Below are positions 48,526 to 62,369 of a stretch of DNA of 64,000 nucleotides, one piece after another. Position numbers and translations under genes: made by a program. The notes beneath the pieces were generated by a model. The model was not told the DNA's origin, did no database searches, and worked only from the letters and a program-made list of their open reading frames with translations. This DNA comes from Neoechinorhynchus agilis (lineage: Eukaryota; Animalia; Acanthocephala). Numbering within the stretch: position 1 is the stretch's first letter; each line of letters opens with the position of its first letter. The DNA lies in the NCBI GenBank assembly GCA_051530055.1, contig CM121341.1, forward strand, positions 4,008,784-4,072,783. The letters run 5' to 3'.

Positions 48526-49553
48526 TTGGGCCGTGAGTCCAAAATTCTCTCGATTTCGTAATTTTGATCTGTTAATTATGAAGATCGACGTCGATCTTGG
48601 CTCTCCAGTCGCTGCGTAAATTCGTTTCCCCAAGTCCTTTAGGAGGGCTAGTGCCGACCCTCCCAAGGCCCCATACGTTTCCACACCGAAGGGGACAAAA
48701 TGGTGACTTGGGCCGTGAGTCCAAAATTCTCTCGATTTCGTAATTTTGATCTGTTAATTATGAAGATCGACGTCGATCTTGGCTCTCCAGTCGCTGCAAT
48801 TCGTTTCCAAGTCCTTTAGGAGGGCTAGTGCCGACCCTCCCAAGGCCCCATACGTTTCCACACCGAAAGGGACAAAATGGTGACTTGGGCCGTGAGTCCA
48901 AAATTCTCTCGATTTCGTAATTTTGATCTGTTAATTATGAAGATCGACGTCGATCTTGGCTCTCCAGTCGCTGCGTAAATTCGTTTCCCCAAGTCCTTTA
49001 GGAGGGCTAGTGCCGACCCTCCCAAGGCCCCATACGTTTCCACACCGAAAGGGACAAAATGGTGACTTGGGCCGTGAGTCCAAAATTCTCTCGATTTCGT
49101 AATTTTGATCTGTTAATTATGAAGATCGACGTCGATCTTGGCTCTCCAGTCGCTGCGTAAATTCGTTTCCCCAAGTCCTTTAGGAGGGCTAGTGCCGACC
49201 CTCCCAAGGCCCCATACGTTTCCACACCGAAGGGGACAAAATGGTGACTTGGGCCGTGAGTCCAAAATTCTCTCGATTTCGTAATTTTGATCTGTTAATT
49301 ATGAAGATCGACGTCGATCTTGGCTCTCCAGTCGCTGCGTAAATTCGTTTCCCCAAGTCCTTTAGGAGGGCTAGTGCCGACCCTCCCAAGGCCCCATACG
49401 TTTCCACACCGAAAGGGACAAAATGGTGACTTGGGGAAACAAATTTACGCAACGACTGGAGAGCCAAGATCGACGTCGTTCTTGGCGCAAAAAATAAGCA
49501 TTGCGGTGCAGCGGGGCAATGCGACTAGCATTTTGGCCAGCGCCGATGAATAG
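48526..49553. repeat. 182-bp array (5 copies) from a second CRE REL segment, ending in an inverted copy of the element's true 3' end
   Basis: Unit encodes HHFVPFGVETYGALG...GEPRSTS (minus strand). 49432-49553 (plus) encodes LGKQIYATTGEPRSTSFLAQKISIAVQRGNATSILAS. Confidence 0.9.
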
Positions 49554-50059
49554 GAGCGTCGAAGAAACTATAAATTATGTATGATTATGAAGATTCACTC
49601 ATTTCTTCCGTTTTAAAATGACGCCATATTAAATCATAAATTCTTTTAGAAAAGTTGCGTTTCGTCGCCGTCACGTTGAAGAGAAGGTACCATTTTTCCA
49701 GAGCACGACGTTTAGTCTCTGTTGCGTTCTTTCGTTTTGATTCTTCCGTTTAAAGAAGTTTTGTCTCATTTGTTCCGTTTCGGAAAGAATTTGTTTATTT
49801 ACTTATGTGATGAGAGAAGAATAGATATTGATTTATAAATTCTCAATATTTCATGCGTCTCGTCAGGCTTCTTCAGGTCAAAAAAAGGAGGTCACTAACT
49901 AGAAAATTTCGCTTCTGCGTCATAAACCACACCGGGAACAATTCTTCCGTATTTAAAAAAGTATTGTCTCGTTTCTTCCGTTTTAAGACTTAGTTTCTTC
50001 GATGAAACATTACGTTTTTGCGTCATAGAGTTGTTGTGATCGTGTATCCGTGACCTTTA

Positions 50060-51260
50060 TTATCATAGCCTCATACACTTGTTGGTCTGTGACCTCTTCT
50101 TTTGATAGTTTCGTCTATATTCCTTTGGAGTCTTTTTCGAACTTGGGCTGAGTGTTGGATTGATCAGACCCCTCAGCCTCTGTTTTTTATCAGCCAACAC
50201 GAAGGCGCTTAGCCGCACTCGAAGGAACAGGACCAACCCACTTTGGTGCCGATGGGTGATCTCAAACCTGACCCCCATCCCTTCCAGCACCGGTGGCGTT
50301 GAACCATCGACATATCAAGCGCATTATGAACGCGCACGCGGCCACTTGGTCCTATGTGTGGTTTATTTATTTGATCACACACGAATACTGTTAGTTTTTA
50401 TGAGTTGTTTTCTTCAGATTGAGTTGATTGGTCTTGCGACATCTTCTTTTGGGCCTCTCGGCTATATTCCTTTACCCTGACTTGCACAGGCGCTAGCGCC
50501 GAAACGCCAACCCCTTGGGCCGATGGGCACCTCAAACCTGACCCACCCTTAACACCAACCCAGCACCGGTGGCGTTGAACATCGACATACAGCGATTATG
50601 GACGCGCACGCCGCCACTGGGTCCTATGTGTGGTTTATTTATTTGATCACACACGAATACTGTTAGTTTTTATGAGTTGTTTTCTTCAGATTGAGTTGAT
50701 TGGTCTTGCGACATCTTCTTTTGGGCCTCTCGGCTATATTCCTTTTTGGGAGCCTTTCGGCTGACTTGCACACATCGGAGGCGCTTAGCTGCACCGAAGG
50801 GACAGGGCCAACCCCCTTTGGGGCCGATGGGCACCTCAAACCTGACCCTCACCCTTTCAGCACCTCGAACACCGGGAACCCAGCACCGGTGGCGTTGAAC
50901 ATCGACATATCAGCGCATTATGAACGCGCACGCGCCACTGGTCCTATGTGTGGTTTATTTATTTGATCACACACGAATACTGTTTTATGAGTTGTTTTCT
51001 TCAGATTGAGTTGATTGTCTTCGACATCTTCTTTGGCCTCTCGGCTTACCTTTTTGGAGCCTTTCGGCTGACTTGCACACATCGGAGGCGCTTAGCTGCA
51101 CACGAAGGGACAGGGCCAACCCCCTTTGGGGCCGATGGGCGACCTCAAACCTGACCCTCACCCTTTTCAGCAGCCTCGAACACCCGTGGAACCCAGCGAC
51201 CGGTGACGTTGAACCATCGACATATCGAGCGCATTATGAACGCGCACTGGGCCCCAGTGA
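50060..51260. repeat. Noisy GC-rich tandem array, ~280-320-bp unit, ~4 copies, origin unknown
   Basis: GGTG(G/A)CGTTGAAC near 50291, 50568, 50888, 51202. Flanked by a ~60-bp direct repeat (49927-49985 / 51367-51426). Confidence 0.85.
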
Positions 51261-51522
51261 CCTTTAGAAAGGTTTTATTCGACAAACAAAGCAGTCGTTA
51301 TGTGTGAATAACTAATTTTTTATATACAATGGTACACGGCGCCATTATCGATTTTCGTTACAATAGACCACACCGGGAACAATTCTTCCGTATTTAAGAA
51401 AGTATTGTCTCGTTTCTTCCGTTTTTGCGTCATAGAGCACAACGTCCAGTCTCGTTTCTTCCGTTACGAGGCCAAATGTTTTTCTAGTTTGTGCGCATTA
51501 ACTTTTAAAATTTTGATTTAAG

Positions 51523-51990
51523 ATGACGAACACTAAAGGATGCAGACGTGGAACGAGGTACATGTTCGCCCGGGATTTCCGGAAACATGGTACGATTCCA
51601 CTTTCGACTTACATGAAAGTGTACCGTCGAGGTGATTATGTGGACATTAAGGTAAACGGTGCCGTTCAAAAGGGAATGGCTCACAAATACTACCATGGAC
51701 GAACTGGACGAGTGTTCAATGTGTCTAGACACGCCGTCGGTGTGGTCGTCAATAAACGAGTTCGTAGTCGTCTTATTCCAAAACGGATTTTCGTCCGTGT
51801 TGAACACGTAAAACCAAGCAGGTGCCAAGAGGAGTTCAAAAAGAGACAAAAGGAAACTGAAAAAGCGAAAAAAGAAGGAAAGGAGATTAAAAAAAGAATG
51901 CCCGCACAACCCAGACCTGGAATGTTGGTTAGAACATTTGGAAGAAAGCCACAGTTACTCAGGCAATTACCTTATGAACTAGTTGTTTAA
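51523..51990 (+). CDS. RPL21: 60S ribosomal protein L21 (eL21)
   Basis: [23 protein letters not shown]...[31 protein letters not shown]...[10 protein letters not shown]. Confidence 0.97.
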   Translation: MTNTKGCRRGTRYMFARDFRKHGTIPLSTYMKVYRRGDYVDIKVNGAVQKGMAHKYYHGRTGRVFNVSRHAVGVVVNKRVRSRLIPKRIFVRVEHVKPSRCQEEFKKRQKETEKAKKEGKEIKKRMPAQPRPGMLVRTFGRKPQLLRQLPYELVV

Positions 51991-52420
51991 GTCCTCTTTC
52001 TAAACCAACAACATATCTTTTTTTGCGTTTGAAGATTGAACGATTTTTTTGATGTTTTTTTATCGAAATGGCGGAAATAATTATAGTGGAATTTTGGTTT
52101 AATCCGATTGGGTTTCGGCTATGCACAATCTCGTCTTTATCAAGGTTGTTGGCCTTTTGTTTAAGCCATAAACAAACAATATATCTTTTTTTGCGTTTGA
52201 AGATTGAACGATTTTTTTGATGTTTTTTTATCGATGTGGCGGAAATAATTATAGTGGAATTTTGGTTTAATCCGATTGGGTTTCGGCTATGCACAATCTC
52301 GTCTTTATCAAGGTTGTTGGCCTTTTGTTTAAGCCATAAACAAACAATATATCTTTTTTTTGCGTTTGAAGATTGAACGATTTTTTTATCGAAATGGCGG
52401 AAATAATTATAGTGGAATTT
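51983..52420 (+). repeat. ~168-bp tandem duplication (2.5 copies) of the RPL21 3' UTR
   Basis: ATATCTTTTTTTGCGTTTGAAGATTGAACG occurs three times. Junction shares TTGTTTAAG with the stop-codon region. Confidence 0.9.
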
Positions 52421-52789
52421 TAGGAATTTCTATGCGCAAAATTTGTCGACTAATTCATCTCCAATTAAAGATTTTGCGTTTCTAGACGTGCGTTGTCGAC
52501 TACTTTAGAGCTGAAACAATTCAAAAAACGTAGTAAAATTTAGTTCGGTTTAAATTGCGCATTGAAATGTTTCTAAAACAAAAAGGATCAAACTCTAATT
52601 TCGTAACGCGGTCCTGACCATCATCATTGGAAAAAGTAAAAAACTGAGACTCCTTCAAGACCAAAAAAGCTCGTTCTAAATAACATTTCCAAAATTCGTT
52701 AGGGTGACAATTCAACATGGTGGCGGACTGTCAAGGACTCTTTTGGTATACACCACCCAGATCCCTTCCATAATTTGACTTCCACATAA

Positions 52790-54095
52790 TTAAAACAGGT
52801 TCTAGATTCCATTAAATTATTTTTTCACAATGATCTACGTCAGACATCACCTGAAACTTTTGTCAAATCGCCGATGCTCCCCTTAGGTTCATCATATGAA
52901 GTACTAAAGTACCTCATGAAATTACCTAAAAAGTCGTATTCTCAAGCCGAAATCCCAAACTGGGCTCTTCGCTACATCATCCCCGAACTTATCGACCTTC
53001 TTACCCACATTATGAACCTCAGCTTTTTGTATGGCATCTACCTCTTGCCTGAAAACTGCCAAAGTTATTCTTGTTCCAAAAAAGGCATCCTATTTCGGCC
53101 GAATCATTCCGTCCAATTTCCATTCTACCTGCCGTTCTTTCAAAAACCATCGAAAAATGTTTTAAATCTCGCCTTCTTTCACTTCTCAACGAAAAGTTAT
53201 CGCCCCTAAAATTCGGCTTCCGGCCCAAATTTTCTGCAACCGATGTCCTACTTTGCATTTATTACATACTCCTAAGAAATCTCGACAATAATCCCTCTCG
53301 CGTCACCCATCTCATTCAACTTGATTTATCGAAAGCATTCGACCCCGGGTCTCAACTTGTGGCCGATCCGCTAACTCGAATCTTATCTTCACAATCGCAA
53401 ACAATACATTCACTGCCGTTCAACCTCCTCTATCAGAATATCCCTCACCAAAGGCGTACCTCAAGGTGCTGTGCTGTCACCACTAAAGATTTCTGCAACA
53501 ATCACAAACTCCACCCGAATTTCTCTAAATGCTTCGAAATGATTCCTTCATTCTCTCGCAGCGATCGGGATGAATGTTTTGCGAATCTACACTTTACTGG
53601 TAGAGCTCCCAAAAAGGGGCATCCTATTTCGGCCGAATCATTCCGTCCAATTTCCATACCTTTAATATTTATCTCCTCAAACGCCTCCGACATTTAGGAA
53701 TCCATTCACCCGATCTCTCCAAATTTTACTTCATTTTTATTTTACCTTCCCTCGCCTGCGGTTATCCCGTATTTTGCAACCTATCGAAATCTCAAATCGG
53801 CCGTCTTGAAATGTTTCATAAAAGAGCATATAAAATTCACGCAACTGACTTTCTCCTTCTCGCCGAATGCCTTGATGCTATTTTCATAAAACAAACAAAA
53901 CGCCTCTCAACCCCAGCTGAACAATTTCTTCCCTTTTCACACGAGCACAACACTCGTAATCCTAATTAGTTTCATCCTCGTATATCTACGCTCCTTTTTC
54001 CATGCTGCCCAATCTTCTCTCGGATATCATAACTTGAAATGAATACGAGGAAAGACCAACCTTGAAAGCGCTTCTGCAAACAATATCCGCCAATT
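52790..54095 (+). mobile_element. Second defective L2/CR1-group copy, inverted relative to 11590-12815; YADD region deleted
   Basis: SFRPISILPAVLSKTIEK, FGFRPKFSATD, DLSKAFD. 53680-54117 is nearly the reverse complement of 11570-12000. Confidence 0.9.
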
Positions 54096-54415
54096 CCCAC
54101 GAGAATGGACATCCCAACCCGACCGGATACTCCAAAATTAATAGCCAGTTTCGTTTTTCAATCCGAACTCGAGTGTTTATGAGAGGACCAAAATGTGCAT
54201 GGGTCTTCTTCTACTTTGGGCATTAACAAACGTGTTATTATTAAAACGTGTTATTATAACAAGAGATTTAAATGTTGATTCTCGTGGAAGCGAACAAATT
54301 TTGCACCCGATAAAACTTAAGAAACTCAAGTTTCGAGGATAACCTTTTTATTATATTTTTTTGGGGGGTTGGGATTGTTATCCTCTTCGGTAGGTACAGA
54401 CATCTTCTGGAGCGT

Positions 54416-55135
54416 TCATCTGTGACCTTGTTCGTTATCGCACCCAGCGGCGGCGAACTTTTTCCTGATTTCATTGAATTGCGCTCGACGTTGTCCTCTA
54501 TGGCCGTCAATCATCTTCAAATTCGAATCAATATCTTCATCTCCAGAAACCCCAGTCATGAAGGCAACCTAAATATTTATAAAGTGAAAAGCCGAATCTG
54601 CCTTTAAAAGAGAGAGAACCTTTTTATCAAAGAAATCGGCAGCAGCCTTTACTCCATGTTGGCTGACATCGATCTCATGTATCTGCTCATAGAGGACACG
54701 AAGAGCACACAAAGTGTCGCCTTTATCAGCGTTCGTCGTCTTCTGCTCAGCGTACTCCGCTCGCACTTTTCGAAAAATGAGAAGAAATTCCCTAAAAGAC
54801 ACTTTTCCATCCTTATCCTCATCGACCTGACGAATCATTTCCTTGAGAGCCAAATGCGTTTGTGCCGCTCCCAGTTTTTCCATCATTATTCGCAACTCAT
54901 TGACATCCAAAACGTTGTCGTGATTGAGGTCGTACTCTCTAAACACTGCCAAATATTTCTTAATTGCTTGAGTTGTGAAATCACGAAACTCGGAGTAGAG
55001 ATGGTAAATCGAAAATGCACGACGCTTTTTCAATTGATCTTGGTCGTCGCATTGGTCCGAACATAATGAAGCTGGAATCTGTTCACCGCATATTTCCAAG
55101 CGGCGGTTCAATTTTGCAGCCAGCTCAGAATCCAT
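54416..55135 (-). CDS. EFHD2: Swiprosin-1/EFHD EF-hand protein, two exons (55135-54620, 54568-54416)
   Basis: ELAAKLNRRL, YSEFRDFT, ELRIMMEKLGAAQTHLALKEMIRQVDEDKDGKVSFREFLLIFRK, EIDVSQHGVKAAADFFDKK|V. GT-AG intron of 51 nt. Confidence 0.92.
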
Positions 55136-55401
55136 ATCACGGAACAAGGTTTTCTATGTCTCCTAAATGTAGAAATCTACAAAAAGATGCCTTGATGTGG
55201 TGAATGTTGAGAAGAAAAACGAAATTAACAGATCGTGTCTTTTAAGGACACGTTGCTTAAAAAAGCAAGTCCTAAAAATGATCTACGTGAAATTAGAAGA
55301 AGAAAAACGCTTGTTTAAAAACAACAAAAATGATCATTTATGACAAAAAAAGAGATAGAGAATAAACCTGTCTACTGAAATACCCATGTTTGCATGTATC
55401 T

Positions 55402-55811
55402 AAAATCGAACGGGAAAAAATTAAGCGACTAAAGGAAATTAAAGGGATTAAACAAAAAAAGAATCCTCAAAACGAAAGTGAAGAGGATTCAATGAGCCTG
55501 AAAAGAGAATGAGGCATAAAGATCGGGGATTGGAAAAGAGCGAGAACTATAAAATGAGGGGAAATCGAACGGGAAAAGATTAAGCGACTCTAGGAAATTA
55601 AAGGGATTAAACAAAAAAAGAATGCTCAAATCGAAAGTGAAGAGGATTCAATGAGCCTGAAAGGAGAATAAGGCATAAAGATCGGGGATTGGAAGAGCGA
55701 TAACTATAAAATGAGGGGAAATCGAACGGGAAAAGATTAAGCGATTCTAGGAAATTAAAGGGATTAAACAAAAAAAGAATCCTCAAATCGAAAGTGAAGA
55801 GGATTCAATGA
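55402..55811. repeat. ~158-bp tandem repeat, ~2.6 copies
   Basis: AAATCGAACGGGAAAA near 55402, 55562, 55719. Confidence 0.9.
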
Positions 55812-56572
55812 ACAATTGGAGTGATTGAGTGGAAATGTTCAAAGATTTCATCATTATTATCCAAGGACCTACGCTATAGTCTTCAGACGAATAATGTGGC
55901 ACAGATCGGATAGTCAACGGTAAAATCTGACTGGTCTTTGTGTTTAGATGAAAGATGATAAACAATTCGTGTGTAACAAATAATGAGAAATTGGGTCGTC
56001 CTGCACGAATTGCGGCATTCCCTACATAAAGCAACCGTCGTTTCCATTACGTTTTATCAGCAGTACCAAAGGAATTCCCGGCGTGGAATCTGATAACTTA
56101 AGAGAAGTTGGCCTTTAGCGACATTGCTCTGTGAAAGATCAGATTGATTGGCATGATTAAAACCTTAATGTGAGCGGTGGGATAAATCGTTTCGTAGAAG
56201 TTGTCGACGTATCGATTGGTCAACAAATGGAATCAATCAAAACGGAAGAAGGAACGCTACGACGCATTGATTATTGGTCGCAATGTTCCTTCAGTTTAAG
56301 ATTTTGGTCAACGGACAATGGTCAAGAAGCCATTGGGCTCGGACGAAGCAAATCACAATCAATTTATTACATTCATCAATCAGATATTTTTCCATACCAA
56401 CCCGCGTATGAGATGTTTGCGTTTGTTGCGTATTTAACGAGAAAACTAAAAGAATGTTCTCTATTCAATGCTCCGAGGAACACTTCATTTATAACAATGG
56501 GCCATCTCGAATCTCTTTGGCGTTTCTCCATGGCCAAAATCAAAAGGCTGACGTTAAATAGCAATTTCTTTT

Positions 56573-57430
56573 GAGATCTCGTCCATATCAAATCCGTGTG
56601 AATGGATCATCTTTTTTAGTTTTTAGCCGAGAAAATCTCAATTATCTTTCAAGATCTCGTCCGATTTTTTATTTATCGTATTCAATTTTTACCGATAAAA
56701 TTTTCGGTCTCACAAAATCCATTATATTTAAATCTGTTTTAGTGGATTTTTTTAGTTTTAATCAAAAAAAATCTCAATTATCTTTCGAGATCTCGTCCGA
56801 TTTTTTATTTATCGTATTCAATTTTTACCGATAAAATTTTCGGTCTCACAAAATCCATTATATTTAAATCTGTTTTAGTGGATTATTTTTTTAGTTTTAA
56901 CCGAGAAAATCTCAATTGGCTTTCGAGATCTCGTCCGATTTTTTATTTATCGTATTCAATTTTTACCGATAAAATTTTCGGTCTCACAAAATCCATTATA
57001 TTTAAATCTGTTTTAGTGGATTTTTTTTAGTTTTAATCGAGAAAATCTCAATTTGCTTTCGAGATCTCGTCCGATTTTTTATTTATCGTATTCAATTTTT
57101 ACCGATAAAATTTTCGGTCTCACAAAATCCATTATATTTAAATCTGTTTTAGTGGATTTTTTTAGTTTTAATCAAAAAAATCTCAATTGGCTTTCGAGAT
57201 CTCGTCCGATTTTTTATTTATCGTATTCAATTTTTACCGATAAAATTTTCGGTCTCACAAAATCCATTATATTTAAATCTGTTTTAGTGTATTATTTTTT
57301 TTGTTTTAATCGAGAAAATCTCAATTGGCTTTTGGGATCTCGTCCGATTTTTTATTTATCGTATTCAATTTTTACCGATAAAATTTTCGGTCTCACAAAA
57401 TCCATTATATTTAAATCTGTTTGAGTGGAT
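56573..57430. repeat. ~136-bp tandem array, ~6 copies
   Basis: AGATCTCGTCCGATTTTT about every 135-138 bp from 56652. Confidence 0.93.
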
Positions 57431-57679
57431 TATTTTTTTCAATCGAAAAAATTCGTCCGATTTGAGTTATTTTACAAAAATAGTGTGAGATGTGGACCGA
57501 TTTCTTTGCAGGATACCACGGGAATCTTTTGATTGATACGTTTCCCGCCATCGCCTTCCGCTCACACAATCTACGAATAATAAGATTGCAAAATTAGAGA
57601 AGATTGATCTCATCAATTCACGCCCACGCACGCTCTCAATACACACACATTCGTTCGTTGTAGTTGTTTCTCGAAAAAA

Positions 57680-59676
57680 TTAGCCGTTAATGAGTAAATG
57701 CTGCCTGTTACTAATACCACCGGAAGCGTTTCTTCCAATTCTATTCTGATTACTTGAGTTGGTAACGCAGTCTCGTTGTTGATGTTTGTTGTACTGGGAC
57801 GCTTTGAGTACTTTGAGTACTCGAACGCAATTATCAGCTCCGCCGGTGGCAGCGAAAGGTAACGTTGAATGTAAAGCAACGCATAGAGCGCCTTCGCCCA
57901 GTTTAGTCCGATGAACGGTCATTTGTTGACAGCAAGACCAATCTTCTTTAGATTCTCGATGCCAAATACGCATTGTGCCTTCATGAGAAACACTCAAAAT
58001 GACTCGGTCTCCTCTGCCGGCCAATTGAGTAACAAAAGTCGATTGGCATCCATCGACACTGCTTACGAAACGCTTTTTGTTTAAATCGTAAAATTGGATA
58101 CTCATATCACTAAAAGCGAATGCGACTCTCGATGAACCCATCAAAGCTAACGATGTAATATCACGGAACTGAAGTTTGAATCGTTTGCTTACTTGTCCTT
58201 TCGATGGATCCACGAAGAACGTCTCACAATCTTCTGCAGGTGGTGCATTGAGACCAATTATTAATTGTCCATCTTTACACAAGCAGGCGTCCACAGGCAC
58301 GAGTAGTTCTGTGTCAATGATCCATTTAATTTCGTTTAAATCGCGAGTTAAACAAGCGATTTTATGGTCAGTTGAGAAGGTCACCAACAATTGAGTTCCT
58401 TTAAGAAGACAAATCCCATTCACAGAATCTGTGTGAACGTCTGTACGAATACTGAGTCGATCTGTAGGGTCATAGGGATCGACAAACGAAGCATCTACAC
58501 TCGGAACACGCCATCGGCATAAAAGTCCCGATAAGTCTCCACTGTACACACAGTCAATGTCCACCTCGACACAAATGATTGCAAATCGATGATACCGATA
58601 CGTCCTCGCTAGATTGATCGTAATTTTAGGAAATCGTCGTTTGATCGCTGCTCCTCCATCAGCATCCCTCTTCTCCTTCAAACTAAATACCCTAACGCAA
58701 GTATCATCGCTTCCTGTAACCAGAAGAGGTTGTGTAGGGTGAAAAGCAACAGTACGAACAGTGTCCAAATGACTACGAGCAAATCCACTTTCTACAAGAC
58801 GAATCTCTTCGTCAAATGATACCATTTCTAACGAAACAAAATACTTTTCCAACGATAAAGGAGTGTCAATCTCCACCAATGGCCTATCAGTCTCGTCTTC
58901 ATGTCCTAATACGTTCAAAAACTCAAACTCCTTAGTTACCACTGCTTGTATGTCCGGTGGCGACGACGGAGCATTAACTCCAATTTCCTTTGCTTCTTTA
59001 GCAACAATTCCATCCAGGACGACTTTCCTTCGGTTCTTGTTAGAACGAATGTCCACCACTTGACTATAGGACTGAATTTCGTCCAAATATTGTTTCATGA
59101 GACCACTAGCACTTTCTAACCAAAGGAAAGTCGATTTAAGACGAAACTTTAAATGTTCAACTTCCCCTTGTCCACTTTTCCAGCTTTGTCGTCGGCAATA
59201 AGTTGGTCTACGAATTGCCGAAGAGCTCGTTGTTCGTCGCCATTCGCATTATTATCACCTAAAATATCCTGGACGCTCGCCAAAAACTCATCAGTAGCTT
59301 CATCATCGCAACAATTTTGATGATCATGATGACTCATTCGTTCCATTCGAAGAGCATGTTCAAGCATTTGGATACGTCTAACCAAATTGGAAACCAACAT
59401 CAGCTGATTATGGTTCCGACCTCGCAGTAGCGCCAATTGGGCTTCATATTCCACACGCTGAAGATTCCATGTAGCGCGCTCCTTCTCCATCTCGTAGTAT
59501 CGAGACTCCAGGAAGCTAAGGGCACCGCGAATCGTGTATTTGCTGTCACTCGGACTGCCAAAATGACAACGTTGATGATTATCAGATCCGTTATTATTAT
59601 TGCTTAGGTCGGATGATGGAGGAGACGTTTGTGGAGGCGGAGGAGGGTCCAGTGCAAGAAGTGAAGTGTCGTCCAT
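57680..59676 (-). CDS. STRN: Striatin-family protein (N-terminal coiled coil, C-terminal WD40), at least two exons
   Basis: YTIRGALSFL...ERATWNLQRVEYEAQLALLRG...LVRRIQMLEHALRMER, SHLDTVRTVAFHPTQPLLVTGSDD, VALHSTLPFAATGGAD. Confidence 0.9.
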
Positions 59677-59747
59677 CTTAACAAAAAGAATAAAAAGTTA
59701 ACAACAACAAAAAGGTGCAATTTAAACATTATTTTTCACAGGGCAAT

Positions 59748-61792
59748 AATAAAGAAGATTTCTGCGGTTTTGGTCGAAAGATCAACAGTAGAAAACAAAA
59801 GGAAATCAATAGATTATTTAAAAAAAAGGCGATCATTAGATAAAAAATTAGAATGGAAAATAAAGAAGATTTCTGCGGTTTTGGTCGAAAGATCAACAGT
59901 AGAAAACAAAAGGAAATCAATAGATTATTTAAAAAAAAGGCGATCATTAGATAAAAAATTAGAATGGGAAATAAAGAAGATTTCTGGGGTTTTGGTCGAA
60001 AGATCAACAGTAGAAAACAAAAGGAAATCAATAGATTATTTAAAAAAAAGGCGATCATTAGATAAAAAATTAGAATGGAAAATAAAGAAGATTTCTGGGG
60101 TCGAAATCAACAGTAGAAAAAAAAGGAAATCAATGATTATTTAAAAAAGGCGATCATTAGATAAAAAATTAGAATGGAAATAAAGATTTCTGGGGGTCGA
60201 AAGATCAACAGTAGAAAACAAAGGAAATCAATAGATTATTTAAAAAAAGGCGATCATTAGATAAAAAATTAGAATGGAAAATAAAGAAGATTTCTGGGGG
60301 TCGAAAGATCAACAGTAGAAAACAAAAGGAAATCAATAGATTATTTAAAAAAAGGCGATCATTAGATAAAAAATTAGAATGGGAAATAAAGAAGATTTCT
60401 GGGGGTCGAAAGATCAACAGTAGAAAACAAGGAAATCAATAGATTATTTAAAAAAAGGCGATCATTAGATAAAAAATTAGAATGGAAATAAAGAAGATTT
60501 CTGGGGTCGAAATCAACAGTAGTCATTAGATAAAAAATTAGAATGGGAAATAAAGAAGATTTCTGGGGGTCGAAAAATCAACAGTAGAAAACAAAAGGAA
60601 ATCAATAGATTATTTAAAAAAAGGCGATCATTAGATAAAAAATTAGAATGGAAAATAAAGAAGATTTCTGGGGGTCGAAGAATCAACAGTAGAAAACAAA
60701 AGGAAATCAATAGATTATTTAAAAAAAAGGCGATCATTAGATAAAAAATTAGAATGGGAAATAAAGAAGATTTCTGGGGTTTTGGTCGAAAGATCAACAG
60801 TAGAAAACAAAAGGAAATCAATAGATTATTAAAAAAAAGGCGATCATTAGATAAAAAATTAGAATGGGAAATAAAGAAGATTTCTGGGGGTCGAAGAATC
60901 AACAGTAGAAAACAAAAGGAAATCAATAGATTATTTAAAAAAGGCGATCATTAGATAAAAAATTAGAATGGGAAATAAAGATTTCTGCGGTTTTGGTCGA
61001 AAGATCAACAGTAGAAAACAAAAGGAAATCAATAGATTATTTAAAAAAAGGCGATCATTAGATAAAAAATTAGAATGGGAAATAAAGAAGATTTCTGGGG
61101 GTCGAAGAATCAACAGTAGAAAACAAAGGAAATCAATGATTATTTAAAAAAAGGCGATCATTAGATAAAAAATTAGAATGGAAATAAAGATTTCGGTTTT
61201 GGTCGAAAGATCAACAGTAGAAAACAAAAGGAAATCAATAGATTATTTAAAAAAAAGGCGATCATTAGATAAAAAATTAGAATGGGAAATAAAGAAGATT
61301 TCTGGGGGTCGAAGAATCAACAGTAGAAAACAAAAGGAAATCAATAGATTATTTAAAAAAAGGCGATCATTAGATAAAAAATTAGAATGGGAAATAAAGA
61401 AGATTTCTGGGGTCGAAAAATCAACAGTAGAAAACAAAAGGAAATCAATAGATTATTTAAAAAGGCGATCATTAGATAAAAAATTAGAATGGGAAATAAA
61501 GATTTCTGCGGTTTTGGTCGAAAGATCAACAGTAGAAAACAAAAGGAAATCAATAGATTTAAAAAAAGGCGATCATTAATAAAAAATTAGAATGGGAAAT
61601 AAAGAAGATTTCTGGGGGTCGAAGAATCAACAGTAGAAAACAAAAGGAAATCAATAGATTATTTAAAAAAAAGGCGATCATTAGATAAAAAAATTAGAAT
61701 GGAAAATAAAGAAGATTTCTGGGGTTTTGGTCGAAAGATCAACAGTAGAAAACAAAAGGAAATCAATGGATTATTTAAAAAAAAGGCGATCA
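59748..61792. repeat. ~105-112-bp tandem array, ~19 copies, immediately upstream of striatin
   Basis: GGCGATCATTAGATAAAAAATTAGAATGG repeats, with two unit variants (with or without TTTT before GGTCGAA). Confidence 0.95.
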
Positions 61793-62369
61793 GAGGCTAA
61801 AATTCGATTCGAAGAGAAAACTTTTTAAAAATACGATCACTTTAAAAACGATTTAACGAGTTGATGCAGAAAACTGAAGATTAGCATAATAAGTTTTTTT
61901 GATCACTTTACACAACCTTTAAAAAGTTGAACTGGCAAACAAAATCATCAGAGCGTTATTTCGCGCTATTAGAAAAGATGGGAATTGTTTACGTTCATAA
62001 GCGACAAAGTAATTTGTTTTGACAAAACGGTAGGAAAGCACCGCTTATGAATATAAATGAGCATTCAGTTCTCCCACCGACAAAAAACGCCTAAAATGTG
62101 GAACAAACATGCAAATTAAGGGATAGAAATAAAAAAATTGAGAAAACGAATTAAAATAAACGAAAACCAACATTAAAAAACTATCTCTTACGATGCAAAA
62201 TTGGAGTCCTTTAATGCAATGGCGGCACAGAAGCGAAAGAAGAATCACTAAAGAAGGTTTGGTTCCATTGATCATCAGGATCAAGAAAAGTCTTAAAGAT
62301 TCTTCCATAGCCGAGAAACGTCATCACTTCTGAACAATTTCGGATCTCAGCAACAAATCGGCGACAGTT

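Noticed and set aside
49840-49880. Hammerhead-like CTGAAGAAGCCTGACGAGAC...GAAATATT on the minus strand
   Set aside because: Stems I and II do not pair adequately. At best a heavily decayed relic.
56170-56574. 134-aa ORF, and similar short ORFs at 45530-45817, 62045-62414 and 63207-63494
   Set aside because: No recognisable motifs or splice logic, so they cannot be supported without expression data.
59729-61579. Repetitive 37-aa-period ORFs upstream of striatin
   Set aside because: They arise from the ~111-bp repeat, and frames break at homopolymer indels.
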